Below are positions 26,297 to 40,550 of a stretch of DNA of 64,000 nucleotides, piece after piece (positions within the stretch are counted from its first letter, which is position 1; each line of letters begins with the position of its first letter). Source of the stretch: Octopus vulgaris (lineage: Eukaryota); NCBI GenBank assembly GCA_951406725.2, contig OX597815.1:30876001-30940000 (forward strand), read 5' to 3'. The translations under genes and the position numbers were made by a program. The notes under the pieces were generated by a model, which saw only the letters and a list, made by a program, of their open reading frames with translations, was not told where the DNA came from and made no database searches.

Positions 26297-26298
<2 letters not shown>

Positions 26299-26872
26299 CT
26301 TAGAATAACTTAGAAAGGTTTTGGCCAGTATTGGCCCAGGCCATGTCTAACTTAATACCACCACCTGGTGAAGTCTTTCAGTTCAGGATTTGGGCACCAA
26401 GGCCCATTCGAGCAGAGAGTTATTGTTTGCGGAGACATATCCGGGTGTGGGTGGTTTGTCCGGTACTGTTTGAAGGAATTTGTCCAAAGACTTCTTGAAT
26501 TTTGTGTGGTCAGTTTCTTTTTTGACGTGCCCTGGTGTAATGTTGAAGAGAGCAGGTCCAATTGAGGTGAAATAGTTGTGCCGTATTGTCGTTATGTGAT
26601 GCGATTTAGATTTTTGTTGTGGACGGATGGCACGTGGTCCAAGTCTTGGATGCATTTTGAAGGTGATGCCAACATCATTCGGACAGTGCTGGTGGAATAT
26701 TTTCCACATCATACAGATAATGTAGCGTTCACGGCGTCGTTGGAGTGAATACAATTTCAGCTTCTCTAGTCTACCCCAGTAGTCAAGGTCTGACATGCCA
26801 TCTATCTTTTTTGTGATTGACCTTTGGGGAGCTTCAATTCTCATAATATTTTGTTTTGTGTAGGGAGACCAC
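26297..26872 (-). mobile_element. CR1-type LINE, 5'-truncated 3' end with open RT C-terminal frame (ORF 26383-26844)
   Basis: WSPYTKQNIMRIEAPQRSITKKIDGMSDLDYWGRLEKLKLYSLQRRRERY...FKKSLDKFLQTVPDKP. The 3' tail (ttctaagtta)x2 runs into (TA)n. Confidence 0.9.
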
Positions 26873-26985
26873 TATATACTATAGTTGGTTGAAGCGGTTC
26901 CTTTTATACTCTTATAGGTATATTTTTCATTTTTAAAATTTTTCTTCTCCATTTTCTTTTATTGGCCTTTTAATTTTATGAGACC

Positions 26986-27042
<57 letters not shown>

Positions 27043-28160
27043 CATACATACATACATACATACACACATACATACATGCATACATACATACATACATACA
27101 GATATACATAAATAGAGACAAACTGACAAACAGACAGACTGACTGACAGACACATACACGCACATAAGTATAAATATACATGCGTTGGTAAAAATTGATA
27201 ATGTATTTAAATATAAAGCATAACTTACATATAGTTATTTATTTATTATTTTTCTCTTAATTCGTAAGACATACATATAATTCATGTACGTTTTAATAAA
27301 TGCTGATTTTCATTTTGGCAGGCTTTCAATACGCTCTACGCAGTATCCGTTCTTCAATTGTGATCCTACCATTCCCTCAGTCTAAGTACAAAGTCGATTT
27401 GTGTGCTTATTGGCACTACCTTCGTTTTGTGTTTTACAATTCACCAGAAATTCCCTTGAAAATTCATAGCAGGTGAGCTTCCTGGCAAGTCAAGAATACT
27501 AAATAAGATTTATTCAGGTGAATGCAATAAATGATTTTACTCTTCTTTTGTAGATTAAGACTTGCAACAGTTCGAGGCAGAATAAACAATATTAGCTCAC
27601 TCTTCAGCTTTCTAAGTCCTTTGAAGAAAAGCAGCATTTCGTTTTCCTCGTGATTCAACATAATAAAAATAGTACGTGTTGAGTGTTTTCTTCTTTATTT
27701 TGTCGAAAAGAGGCTGTATTTCGAATTAGATTATACAATCAATTGATGTCGGAAGAATTTTTGTCATATTTATTTTTTTTTTCTCCTTCTGAATATGTTA
27801 AGATCAATTGGGGATCTTGTCACTCTGAAAAGCGCTGAGGTTCTTACAGATGAACAAGATGCAAGCAGGGCACTTTGTGGCCCTTGCTATTTGTAAGAGT
27901 TCCATACAATGTCTGATGTCTAAAATTAGAACAATCTTAGTATGCATTAAACCTTCTACAATGACCTATATAGCGCCTCGAGAAAATAAGCAGGGTACAA
28001 GACAACAAGAAAACATTAATAAAATCCGAGATGAAGCTCAGGAATGAAGTGGGAAAATATGTTTTATCGGGGATATTTTTCATTTCGCTTTTCTCTCTTT
28101 TTATCCTTCTTCCGTTTTTTTCGTGAATGTTTTGGGGGTAGACAAACTAAGAAAGAAGAG

Positions 28161-28213
<53 letters not shown>

Positions 28214-28284
28214 GGTGTAGGCATTACTCAAGTGGCGTCATCTCCATAGAACTTTTGGTTTATAATTAATATTGTGTTGTCTGA

Positions 28285-28316
<32 letters not shown>

Positions 28317-28453
28317 ATATGTGAATGAAGAAAACAACATGCGAAAGACAAAGGAAGAAAAGAACAAAAAAAGGCAAGACTGCCTTCAAGTGGATGTAAG
28401 AAGATGTATATCTATGTTTTGTACATGAATGTGTTTCAATGCAAATGTATAAA

Positions 28454-28517
<64 letters not shown>

Positions 28518-28611
28518 ATATAAATATGAAAGAAGGTATGAAAATGCAATGCATTTTCAAACCTTCTTTCATATATATTTCCACTGGTGCGGTAGCTTGC
28601 AACTTTAATTT

Positions 28612-28660
<49 letters not shown>

Positions 28661-28866
28661 ATCTCCCTTCAATCTCTCTCCTCTCTCATTTATTGTCATG
28701 TATGTGTATGTGTCTGTGTGTATTCACATACACATATGCACCACACACACACACACACGCTAAACCCATAAAAGTGGTTCTATGAAGTGAGATAAAATAA
28801 GTATTCTTTTCCTGCTGACACGTCAATAAACATGGCGGCTACTATATTCTGTGATTATCCACTCCT

Positions 28867-29036
28867 GTATGTATGTATGTATGTATGTATGTATGTATGT
28901 ATGTATGTATGTACGTATGTATGTATGTATGTATGTATGTACGTATGTATGTACGTATGTATGTATGTATGTATGTATGTATGTATGTATGTATGTATGT
29001 ATGTATGTATGTATGTATGTATGTATGTATGTATGT
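28867..29036. repeat. (TATG)n microsatellite
   Basis: Direct reading. Confidence 0.95.
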
Positions 29037-29616
29037 GCGTACGTGTGTATGTTTGATATACATTTATAAGAAATTGGTGCAACACTTAAAGAAACAGTAA
29101 GAAAAGTAACAAGCATTTTATTAGTTAGAACCTTATCTTCCTAATATGTTTCAAGATCTAAATTGACACATAGCAAATTTCGCTAATTTACTTATTTTCA
29201 ACTGTGCTCAACAATATAAACATGCCTAAAAACAACATACATGCGAGCAAGTATACCTTAGATGCAAACCATTAACGGAACTATCAAAATATGCAAATCT
29301 ATCCAAAAGTTTAGCATAAGAGTTCATATGCCTGTGTCCAGACACGCGCCTATATGTATGTCTATATGCATAAAACACAAAACGAAGGCTGTACTCGTAA
29401 GATCAGTGTACTTCCACGATTCCAACCTGCACATAAAAACACAAACATGCAGAACAACTCTGTTGAGGTTCTTCAAATTCCAATGTCTGCGCCTACGATA
29501 AATAGTTGAATGATGTTCAACATACTATCTATAATGAGTGATACTCCGAATAGCAGCAACCATACAAAACGAACATAGAGAAACTTAGAACCAGGCAAAA
29601 CATGTTGGTATATATC

Positions 29617-29840
29617 TGTTTCTTTATTGCCCACAAGGGGCTAAACATAGAGGGGACAAACAAGGACAGACAAACGGATTAAGTCGATTACATCGACCCC
29701 AGTGCGTAACTGGTACTTAATTTATCGACTCCGAAAGGATGAAAGGCAAAGTCGACCTCGGCGGAATTTGAACTCAGAACGCAACGACAGACGCAATACC
29801 GCTAAGCATTTCGCCCGTGTGCTAACGATTCTGCCAGCTA
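29617..29840 (-). mobile_element. SINE family A, young, inserted inside an inverted duplication
   Basis: Near-consensus copy. Its two flanks are contiguous in the inverted paralog at 34440-34680. Confidence 0.85.
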
Positions 29841-30012
29841 CCATAGACAGTGACTCAAGTTGCAGTATTTGAATTATAAACATTTTATTCGTGATAATCA
29901 ATGAAGCAGAAAAATAATACGAGTACCATTCCATTCAATCTCGTGATTAAAGTTGCTTTGATTTGGTTACCAATCAACTCTTTCTTCTGTGGCAAAAGAA
30001 ATCTAGGAGTAA

Positions 30013-30068
<56 letters not shown>

Positions 30069-30114
30069 TACATACATACATACATACATACATTCATGCA
30101 TGCATGCATGAATA

Positions 30115-30277
30115 GAGGTCCAGGCATGCTTGTGGGGTAAGTATCTTGCTTCCCAATCACATCGTTCTGGGTTCAGTCCCACCAGGGCACCTTGGGCAAG
30201 TGTCTTCTACTATAGCCTCGGGCCGACGGAAGCCTTGTGAGTGGATTTGGTAGACAGAAACTTAATGAAACCCGTCG

Positions 30278-30310
<33 letters not shown>

Positions 30311-30660
30311 GTTTGTGGGGTTGGGTGTAGGAGTAAATGTAAGGATAAGCAAGTTGGGCAAGTCGATATATAAAAAAATATTAAATACACTTAATATAAA
30401 ACATGTATATATGTTTACGGATAAAAAGGTTCGACTTATGTTTTATACGGAGAATATTTCTCTCATCTATCTATGTGTGTGTGTGAGTGTGTGTGTCTGT
30501 GTTTGTTCTGCCGCCATCACTTGACAACCGATGCTGATGTGTTTATGTCCCTGTAATCGAGCGGTTTAGGAAAAGATACCGATAGAATAAGTACTTGTCT
30601 TACAGAGAATAAGTCCTGGTGGTGCTCCAGCACATCTGCAGTCAAATAAACTAAAAAAAG
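30115..30660 (+). mobile_element. SINE family B with expanded interior
   Basis: gggttcagtcccaccagggcaccttgggcaagtgtcttctactatagcctcgggccgac...ccgatagaataagtac...ggtgctccagcac. Confidence 0.8.
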
Positions 30661-31337
30661 TATACATACCTGCATACAGACAGACATACATACAGACAGG
30701 CAGATGTACATAGATGTATATTCATACATATACATACTTACATACACATACACATACGCGGGCGCATACACACACACAAACATAAACACACACATAGACA
30801 CACAAGCACACACATAGGCATTATAAAACAAAATTCGTGGGGAAAATAAGATTGAAGTTACTTGTGGAGAGAATAATTACGTAAAATATGAAAGAATATT
30901 GACGGGGTGTTCTTCTTAAGATTTTATTTAAACACATGCATAACACACGAGATATGGAATGATTTGGAAGAGTTTTATTCATAGATGAAGTCAGTAAACC
31001 ACCAGATGTTAAAATAATGCTAAAGATTAATGATAAGAAATGCGTCTATCTACAATCGATGAGAAATCTGTTGTTACACTATCCGAATTATGTCTTTAGA
31101 TTTCTACTATAATTATAAGAGTATTTTGATATTAACTAAGGCTTTAATACTGATCTTGAGAAGCTCGGTTGCACAATGCTAAAAAGAACATGTCTATTCA
31201 AAAAATTGTAGCTGTTATAAAATGTAAAACATTGAAGGAGTTCAGCGTGTTATGAGAAACACATATGCAATGCGATTCATGCCCGTGTGTGTCTAAACCT
31301 ATCTGTAGAAGAAGCATTGGTGTTTCTATACGTACGT

Positions 31338-31388
<51 letters not shown>

Positions 31389-31486
31389 TACCCACGCATT
31401 CATCCATCCATCCCTCCATCCATCCATACCTACATACATACATACCTACATACATACATACATACATACATACATACATACATACA

Positions 31487-31700
31487 TAACGGGAAGCTTT
31501 ATGAAAATAAACAAAGACGAAGGCAGGTGGAATACAAACAAACAATTGTATTAGTATGGCGCTCAGGAATATAAATAAAACAAGTCTTTTACGTTTCGAG
31601 CCTACGCTCTTCAACAGAAAGATACACAGAAAAGAAACACGGAAAGAAACAAGGAGAGGAAAAAAATGCGTGCAGAAGCTAGCGAATCAACATGGCGACA
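31487..31700 (-). mobile_element. Repeat with atypical hammerhead-like motif, copy 2
   Basis: Close match to 13506-13705. Motif at 31584-31623 with core CTGTTGA. Confidence 0.65.
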
Positions 31701-31816
31701 TACATACATACATACAAACATACAAGAACACCCGCATTGTTCAACTCCTCAAGAATCTGCTTTTGAGGCAAGAAACCAAATTTTTCCTCATTGAAAACAG
31801 GTTTACATAACATTGA

Positions 31817-31884
<68 letters not shown>

Positions 31885-31885
<1 letters not shown>

Positions 31886-32135
31886 ATTCCAAGAAAGTTA
31901 GGGGTTGTGAATCCAACCAACTGAGGGATAATATCTATTCAATATACTACTGGTAGAATACCCAATTATTAATACACAAGTGCTTTTTATTGCATTGCAA
32001 TTACATTACCTAGTATACTAAATGGGTGAAGGTAAAGAGATATTTTACCATTAATTTATATAGCAATAAGAAAATGGAGGGTATCAATGGGTGGTTCATG
32101 AACCACCTATTCATCCCCTCCATTTTCTTATTGCT
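31885..32135. mobile_element. (TA)n-embedded unclassified repeat ending in a fold-back (32062-32135)
   Basis: A diverged inverted relative lies at ~40320-40510. Terminal palindrome centred on ttca|tgaa. Confidence 0.55.
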
Positions 32136-32577
32136 CTCTCTCTCTCTCTCTCTCTCTCTTTATATATATATATATTATGTGTTTGTGTATGTGTGTGTAC
32201 ACACACACACACACATATGTAAATTAAATCAATTAAAGAATAATTGATTTCTAAGTTCACTATATTTGTATGACAGTAAACTTTTATTTACAAGTAATTC
32301 TGCCGAGGAGTGACATCATGTGTAGCTTTCTGGAAGACTACCGTTACGTACCGATAAATTGTATAATAGCTGCTTCTAGATGACATTAGCACTAGATTCT
32401 CAGTTCATTTCATCTGGTGTTTCTTTCCAGTAATTTCCACTGGGTTGTATAAAACGTTTTTCACGACTTGTATTTTTAACAGTTCTTTCTTACAAGTCAT
32501 AAGGATGATCATGGCCCGTCCAGCTCAGCTACATCACGGTTCAGTGTGTTCCAGTTTTTTATAGCATAGATATGAAA

Positions 32578-33055
32578 TCGGGGAGTGCTGAAAAATTCCC
32601 AGCTTTAAGCGTAATGCGAAGGGTAGAGCTGTTACCTTTACAAGGAAATTAGGACAAATATTTCGGAGGAAATAAGCCAAAAATCATGACGGCATCAATA
32701 TATCTTTTTTTTTTGCAGATTTAACGCATGATGGCAGCTCCTATAGTGGATTTTGGTAAAATTAAAGTACGGGCGGTCGTAAATTTCCTCTTTTTTCAAG
32801 GCAGTGGAAATCCATGCGAAATGAAGTAAATCTTGAAGGATGGTTACCCATCTTACTCCACCGTGAAAATCTCGTATTCTAGACCACGCTGTTGAAGTCA
32901 GTAATTTTGATGGCAAGAGTGACATCAACGTAGACAAGCTGTTTTTTTTTTCTCCTAAGGAATAACTGGTTATTGCAAAACCATTAATAATTTGCAAATG
33001 CACTTGAAATAATTACGCAAGTCGATAAAGTTTTCGCTATTCAACCATTTTTACC
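32578..33055 (+). mobile_element. Mariner 5' fragment (TIR-like end and N-terminal HTH), decayed
   Basis: TIR-like cggggagtgctgaaaaattccc. KIKVRAVVNFLFF...AVEIHAK...DGYPSYSTVK matches a mariner N-terminus. Confidence 0.6.
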
Positions 33056-33062
33056 TTTACGT

Positions 33063-33128
<66 letters not shown>

Positions 33129-33963
33129 CAGCATAAACGGATTTATCAAATCTTCATTCATAATCTCAGTTCTCTTATCGCTGTTAGTTATTCCAAGTAT
33201 TACGGGGAAATTTTCTGTATTTATATAAGTTATTTAGCTTTACATCTATAAACAGCAACCAAACTTTCAGCGAATGCAAAATTTGAAGAAAGATTTAACA
33301 AACTGAAGTTTTAAGAATTCTAAAACCTAATCTTGTAATCAGAATTACAGTTTTAATTATAGAGTATACTAAATACTAACGCATGAAGTACAAATGCAGC
33401 TATTAATAATCGCCTACAGTCCGATACTCTAAATACTAACAAATTAATTTCACCAAGAATTTAAATGATAATATTGTAATTAAATATTAATTAGTTGGAC
33501 ATAAAGCGGTGAATTTGTTGGAGACAGGAAGGGAAACTGTGTGACCTTTCTAAGTTTTTAAAGAACACTACTTGCGTAAAAGATTCGAATGAGTAAATGA
33601 AATCAGTTGAATTACGCAAGAATTATAAGCCGACCACGAACATGAACACAGTGTTTACATTTACCCCCTTTATTCAGTGCGTGCCTTTAATACATTAAAT
33701 ATTATTGTCGTTGTTGTTATTGGTTTTTTCTTCTATTTCTCCTTGCTGCTTTTGTTGTTGCTGTTATCATCATCTCCATCATCCTCATCATCATTTATGC
33801 ATTTAACATTCGCACACAACGTCTTAGAACATAAAAATTTTGGAGACTGTATTGCGAACAATGTGCTCATATCATATATGTATGTATATAAACATGTTCA
33901 TTACGTATCTCTGTCTGTCTGTCTGTTTGCCTGTCAGTCTGTCTGTCTGTCTGTGTCTGTCTA

Positions 33964-34050
<87 letters not shown>

Positions 34051-34664
34051 CGTCTGATGTGCTTTTGTATTGTAACTTGTACAATATCTATTGTAATTTA
34101 ATAGTGTTCTGCATTCTACATTCCTTTAACATTATTAAATTTGGGATAACTCCATCTTTATTAACCAAAATCCCAGCTTGAATAACAGAAAATTGAAATA
34201 AAACTAATATAATAAATATTGATTTTATTTTATTCAGAAAAGTAGCATATTTATACAACTCAATTAGATTCAGTGTTTTATTATTTTGGTAATTTCAGCC
34301 AGTGGCGTGTGGCCATGTTAGGGCTCTACTAACCAAATAGAAATCTGACCAGTATCTGGTTTTTAGTTTATCGCTCTGTGACCTACGTATGACTAGGCTG
34401 ACCTTTGTGAGATTAAAATTTAAAAAAAAAACGAGTAAAACATGAGATTAAACGGAATGGTACTCGTATTATTTTTCTGTTTCATTGATTATCATGAATG
34501 AAATGGTTATAATTCAATTACTGCAGCTTGAGTCAATATCTATGATATATGCCAGCATGTTTTGCTCTGGTTCTAAGTTTCTCTACGTTCGTTTGGAATG
34601 GTTGCTGTTATTCGGAGTATCACTCATTATAGTTGGTATGTTGAACATCATTCAACAAATTGTC

Positions 34665-35050
34665 GTAGTCGCAGATATGGCTATGTGGTTGAGAATTTCG
34701 CTTGGCGACGACGTGGTTTCTGGTAACTTGAGTAACTGTCTTCTACAATAGCCCCAGGCTGACTAATACCGACTGTGTGAATTTGGTAGAACGAAGGTTT
34801 GTGGAAGTCCGTTGTATGTGTGTGTATTTGTGTATGATTTTGTGTTTGTGTTTGTGTTTGTCCCACCACTGATTGAGAATAAGTGTTGGTTTGTTGATGT
34901 TAAGTTAGCACAACTTAATGAATCAACAAATTAGCCGACAAAATGACTAAGTACATGACTTAAAATAATTGCAGGGGTTGGTTCGTCTGCCTAACTCTAC
35001 AAAGCGTTGCACCAGCATGGCTGCAGTCCCGTGACTGAAGCGAGTGAAGG
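34665..35050 (+). mobile_element. SINE family B, diverged
   Basis: gtagtcgcagatatggctatgtggttgag...cttgagtaactgtcttctacaatagcccc...gcaccagcatggctgcagtc. Confidence 0.7.
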
Positions 35051-35589
35051 AAAAATATTCGTCTCTGGTATGTCTGCCAATAGCTATCGAACATGTCGCA
35101 AAACAAAACAGTGGTTCAAAGACTTACTTGATGTTTGGCTTAGAAAATAAAATAATATACACCGCCTAGCGCAAGCATCTCTTTCTCTTCTTCTCTCTCT
35201 CTCTCTCACGCGCGCGCGCGTAAGTATGTGTAAATAGATACATATATACATATGCGTACAAATCTGCGCGCGCGCGCCAGGAAATCTAAAACTGCTGGTG
35301 AGGTTTATTCATATAGGGTGAAGAATGTTTTTTGATAAACTATTCAGGATATGGGGATTATCTTTGTGGACAAGCTAAAGTATATTTGCGAATCTACTAT
35401 CTATTCTAAACAGATTAGATTAGATATACTACTTAGATCTGCCCCAGACCACACACACGCACACATTCACACACACAAGCACCCACCCATTTCCAACACA
35501 CACATACACTATACCATCCTACACACACAAATTACTGCAGCAGATCTGAATCTAAATACATCATGAGTTTATTATCGTCTAAAAACTTT

Positions 35590-35655
35590 AGACACATGGC
35601 CTAGTGGTTAGAGCAGCGGACTCGCGGTCGAGGGATCGCGGGTTCGAATCTCAGA
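35590..35655 (+). mobile_element. tRNA-like SINE head (family D type)
   Basis: tggcctagtggttagagcagcggactcgcggtcgagggatcgcgggttcgaatc, with A and B boxes. Same head type as 47510-47572. Confidence 0.65.
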
Positions 35656-35695
35656 ATCCGACAGAAGGCAATGGAGAACTTCTGCTGACTCTTTA

Positions 35696-35858
35696 AGGCG
35701 CAGGAGTGGTTGTGTGGTAAGTAGCTTGCTTACCAACCACATGGTCCCGGGTTCATTCCCACTGCGTGGCACCTTGGGCAAGTATCTTCTATAGCCTCGG
35801 GCCGACCAAAGCCTCGTGGGTAGATTTGGTAGACAGTAACTGAAAGAAGCCCGTCGTA

Positions 35859-35897
<39 letters not shown>

Positions 35898-36113
35898 ATA
35901 TGTTTGTGTGTCTGTGTTTGTCTTCCCAACATCGCTTGACAACCGATGCTGGTGTGTTTACGTGCCCCTCACTTAGCAGTTCGGTAAAAGAGACCGATAG
36001 AATAAGTACTAGGCATCCAAAGAATAAGTCCTGGGGTCTATTTGCTCGACTAAAGGCGGTGCTCCAGCATGGCCGCAGTCAAATGGCTGAAACAAGTAAA
36101 AGAGTAAAAGAGT
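35696..36113 (+). mobile_element. SINE family B, full length and well preserved
   Basis: tRNA-like head ggcgcaggagtggttgtgtggtaag...gggttcattccc, CORE-like gtggcaccttgggcaagt, internal (TA)n(TG)n, tail aagtaaaagagtaaaagag. Confidence 0.9.
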
Positions 36114-39100
36114 ATCTGAAATTACAGCTAATGTATGAGTCCTATTTCTTTAACACTGTCCAAAGCACCGGGTCTGAAAATGCACTGCATCATTTGACAT
36201 TATAATATCACGACACGGTAGCTAAGGAATAAATTATCTAGTCATTAGTTTGAAATATATTCTCAATTGTATACATTTATCATTCATAGAGTGTTTTCGT
36301 TATGGCAGGTATCAAGAAGCCAAAGGTCTGGTTCGCTCAGTAAAAATTTATTTTATTTGGATTATAAGGTTAGCAAATATATTCATGTAAACGTTATGCT
36401 TATCAGGCAGAAAACTCGAAGATAAATGCTGGTCTGCTTTACGATAGCATCATTTGTATTGATTAGTTTCCTTATGCGTAGTTCGTGAATATATCAATTG
36501 TGTTTTCCCTACCAGCAACAATTTTCCGCTTTTATCTCACAGATTGTTCAGATGCATGATTAAATAGCTTATTCTAATACACACGCGTAATCCCATTGAA
36601 TTAAAATCATCTATTTCAGAAAGCAACAGGATATTTCGCATCCTTCGCCAACCATTATTTCCACCATCATAACTATCAGTACCAATCAGAATTATATTTT
36701 TCGATGAAGGATGATGACATTTCAACAGTATTATTATCTTATTCGGTCAGCTTATTAATCGAAGCAGTTCATTTACGCAGAATTAGTAGCCTTCATTTAA
36801 ATACTCCAGCAAAGCTCGTTGCTGCTTAGAATGAGATTACTTATAAGACTTCACTGTTTCTTACCTGGATATTTCTTTCTTAACATGAAATCATCGCCAA
36901 ATCCGGTTCATGTACAATTGTTATACAATATTCCAAACCTTACCGCTACGTGGATGAGGAGATTATGCGCCAGTCTGTCTGGTCAGTATATATTGAAATT
37001 ACGCAGGATTTCGTAGGTATTGATAAGCCTAAATAAGTACTTAAAAAAGGAGTAGTAGGTTAGTTTTGAAATGCAGACACGACACAAGAATTACTACATA
37101 ACTATACTCTTCAACTAGATTAAAATTTATGAGGTGCCACGAGAGCTTGCTGAGATCATAAAGACATCAGGGATAGACAGGTAACATACACTGACCAAAA
37201 ATCTCATTGTTCAAGAAACACAAAAGAATTTCAATTATTGACAAGAATTACAGACCAGGTACCTACAAAATGTCAGCTAAGGAGTTAGAATGACAAAACA
37301 TTCTATTTTATTATTGTCCCCTGCAGATATAGACCATGAATAAAAGAGCTGTGAAGTTCAAAATCCCAATATGTTAATAAATATGTATTGCTTATCATAG
37401 GTATTGTTCATTGTCCTCCATACAGTATGTATGTACTTATGTATATATTTATATATTTGCACACAAACAAATGCATACACCCATACAAGGAAGCATACAA
37501 ACACTAACCCTCCTACGCACACACACACACATGGTTGAGATAGTTGCCACTCACTGAAGGTGCATTCTTCACCTTCGAAGAAATGATTTTATATGAAATT
37601 GCATATCAAACGAGGTAATAACTACTGTTATTGTGATAGATACAATGGTTTGCTGTTCAGTGTCAATAAAATTAGGATACGTGTTATGTATTTGAACAAT
37701 ATTATTTATTGCTGAATGTGAAGATGGCTGCATTTATAATATGCAGCTCTCTCGAACGTCCACTTCTACGTTCACCGGAACATCTAATCAGGATAAGACA
37801 TTTTGGTAGATTTAGGGACATTAAAATGAAATATGTATTATCGTACTACTAATTTCCATCAACATCATGCGGCGATATAGAAAATTCTACTCATTATATA
37901 TGTATACACTAAATGAAAATCGTTACATGAAGGTTAAAATGAGTATGGAGGAGAAAGTGGAGATAAGAAATTGCGAACGTAAAAGATGGGGCATGCTATT
38001 AACCAAATGTCGATTCTTTTAATATTTAACGTTCAAATATAATCTTAAAATATAAACCAGTTGGCTTGCATTCGTGTATAAATGGCAAAAGTCCAATTAA
38101 CAAATTATAGATATCCTTCAATTAACGGAACCTCCGAGGATTATGATACAGTTATGCATTAACATTGGTTACAAGACAGCAGATTTCTAAGAATTATTAA
38201 GCCGTTCTTAATTAGATTATGTTCAATTCCACTCTGCATACACTTACGTCCTGTGTTCAAATTCCACGTATGTCAAAGCTGAATTTGATATGTCGCGGAT
38301 CTGTAGATTAAAACAGTTTTGCTCGACTCATAATGTGTATAGGTCTTTATTGGTGTGAGAAGTCACTAAATAAGGGAGTACAGAAGCAAATTCTTGCTTT
38401 CAGTTGCCGATTGAAGGAAATTCATTTCAGTTACACAGTTTAATACACTACTCTTAAAATATTTACATCGTTTCTACTTGTGGTCCCATGTTGAAGTAAG
38501 AAATTGCTTTAATTACCGACCTAGATTGCTGGATTTAAGGTGGTGAGATGGTAATGCGTTGCGTTTCTCTCTTTTTTTTCTCGGTCTCTCTACTTTCTCA
38601 GTTCAGATCCCGTTAGTGGTTACCTGTGCCGTTCGTCCTTAAGGGGTTGATAAATAGAAATAGTTTTGCAGGACTATGGTGCAGTTGCTTGAGTGGTATT
38701 TGGACCAGCACTTTGTGTTGCGAAATATTTGGTCGTTGGGTGGAACACATTATTAACAGTCCGGTGTGATAGCGTTACCTGGTCATTGGCTGCCGAGAGC
38801 AATGTTCAGTCTGTTTCGAACATTTGGGCCAATTTCCAGTTTTGTAATAAATTTCTCCATTAACTCCAAAATTCTCCAAGACTCTAACAATACAGAGTCA
38901 AGGACGCTTCACCCGTTCCGACTAAGTGTGCCAGTTAAATAAACTACAGGCGTTTTCTTCTGAAATCAAACTAGTAATTATCATTAGAAAGGCAATGAAA
39001 GCTAAACTGTGTGACGCACCGAACAAAACAAAAAAGTTACAGTGTTGAAAGTTCAAATGCTTATTTAAAAAAGCTCTTTTGTTCCTCAGTAATCGACGAA

Positions 39101-39479
39101 ATAAGTAATCGCTAACCACAGGTATCGATTCAATCGACTCTTTCAAATTAGTGGCTTCTTGTTACATTCTCAATTTAGGATCGATGAAAAAAAAGATGCA
39201 GAGAAAGAAGTAGTCTTGATTTCCATTTAATTGTCGTGCAATGTTAATGATGTATGTTATTTTTATTTTTATACATAAGTATAAAAATGGGAAATTGGTG
39301 AGAAGTCAAACACTTAATTATATAGACAACAGTACTTGACTGCCTGTTCATTTTATCGATATCCAGAAGAGTGAAATTCTAGGTCGACCTTGGGAGGAGC
39401 TCAACTCAATATATAAAGAGCTACATATAACTCCCGAAAAGTAACTGAAATTGCGAGCGCGTGTGTGTGTGTGTGTGTG

Positions 39480-39950
39480 AGGATGCATGGCTTAGTGGTT
39501 AGAGTGTTGCACCGATCGCGAGATCGTGGTTTCAATTCCTAGAGCGGGTGATGCGTTGTTGCATTCTTGAGCAACGCAATTCATCTCATGGCGCTTTGCG
39601 ATCACTTCGACACCTGACGCATGGTACACAGTACACAAATCGACAGTGCAGACAACGTCGATTTGATGGGGGAGGGTGAGCTAATAAAAAGAAAAATGAA
39701 ATTGTCTAGTCTAACCTAATGTATCCTCTCAAAATGATTACAAAGTAACGATTCCAAAATAGTCCGGCGCCATCGCCACCGTTCCGATATATTTCTTGCT
39801 TCAACTGAAGGCAGTTGATTAAACATCGTGTTTTGTTTTTTTCAGGATGGCACACTCACTTCGGTTAAAATGGAGAAATTTAAGAATACGAAAATACCTC
39901 TGTTCGGCAAGAGCTGAACGCTCATATGTCTTCTTCGACAGGAGAGTCCA
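39480..39950 (+). mobile_element. tRNA-derived SINE interrupted by a ~219-bp templated insert (39686-39904)
   Basis: Head ggatgcatggcttagtggttagagtg and tail gttcggcaagagctgaacgctc...ttcgacaggagag match the uninterrupted copy at 40803-41100. Confidence 0.75.
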
Positions 39951-39955
39951 TCATA

Positions 39956-39956
<1 letters not shown>

Positions 39957-40023
<67 letters not shown>

Positions 40024-40075
40024 CATCTATTTATCTATCTATCTATTTATCCATCATCTATCTATCTATCTATCT
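39957..40075. repeat. (TCTA)n microsatellite
   Basis: Direct reading. Confidence 0.9.
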
Positions 40076-40550
40076 GTGTGTGTGTCTATGTGCTCGTCCC
40101 TCACTACTGCTTGACAACCAGCGTTGGTGAATTTACCTCCCCATAACTTAGTAGTTTGGCAAAAGAGAATGACAGACCTGGCTCTAAAAATATCAAGTAC
40201 TGACATCGATTCTTTGGACTAAAAAGTTCTTCAATAGAGTGCCCCAATATGACTAGAATCTACTGACTGAAATATGTAATATATATTTATATATAACATA
40301 AATTAGAAAATGGATTTTATATCCTTTCCATTTTCTTACTTGCATTATAGTTCCTAGGGGTAAATTTCCAATTTCCCCCCACTCATACCTAGTATTCAAT
40401 TGTAATATTGCCATGCAATAGTAAGCACTTGGTTAAAAATATGTAGGTACACATCCAGTAGTATATTGGATATTTAATATCACTTAGATGGTTTCTGAAC
40501 CTCTAACTCATACAGACATATATGTATGCATATATATATATATATATATA

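Noticed and set aside
28815-28840. acgtca plus aaacatggcggc (CRE-like and YY1-like promoter motifs)
   Set aside because: Short isolated motifs between microsatellites with no other promoter evidence.
35590-35655. Possible tRNA gene
   Set aside because: A and B boxes are present but there is no acceptor stem, and the same head starts SINE copies elsewhere.
36865-37030. Minus-strand exon ending in a strong CAG|gtaaga donor
   Set aside because: Stops in all three frames from the nearest acceptor. It could only be a UTR exon, which is unsupported.
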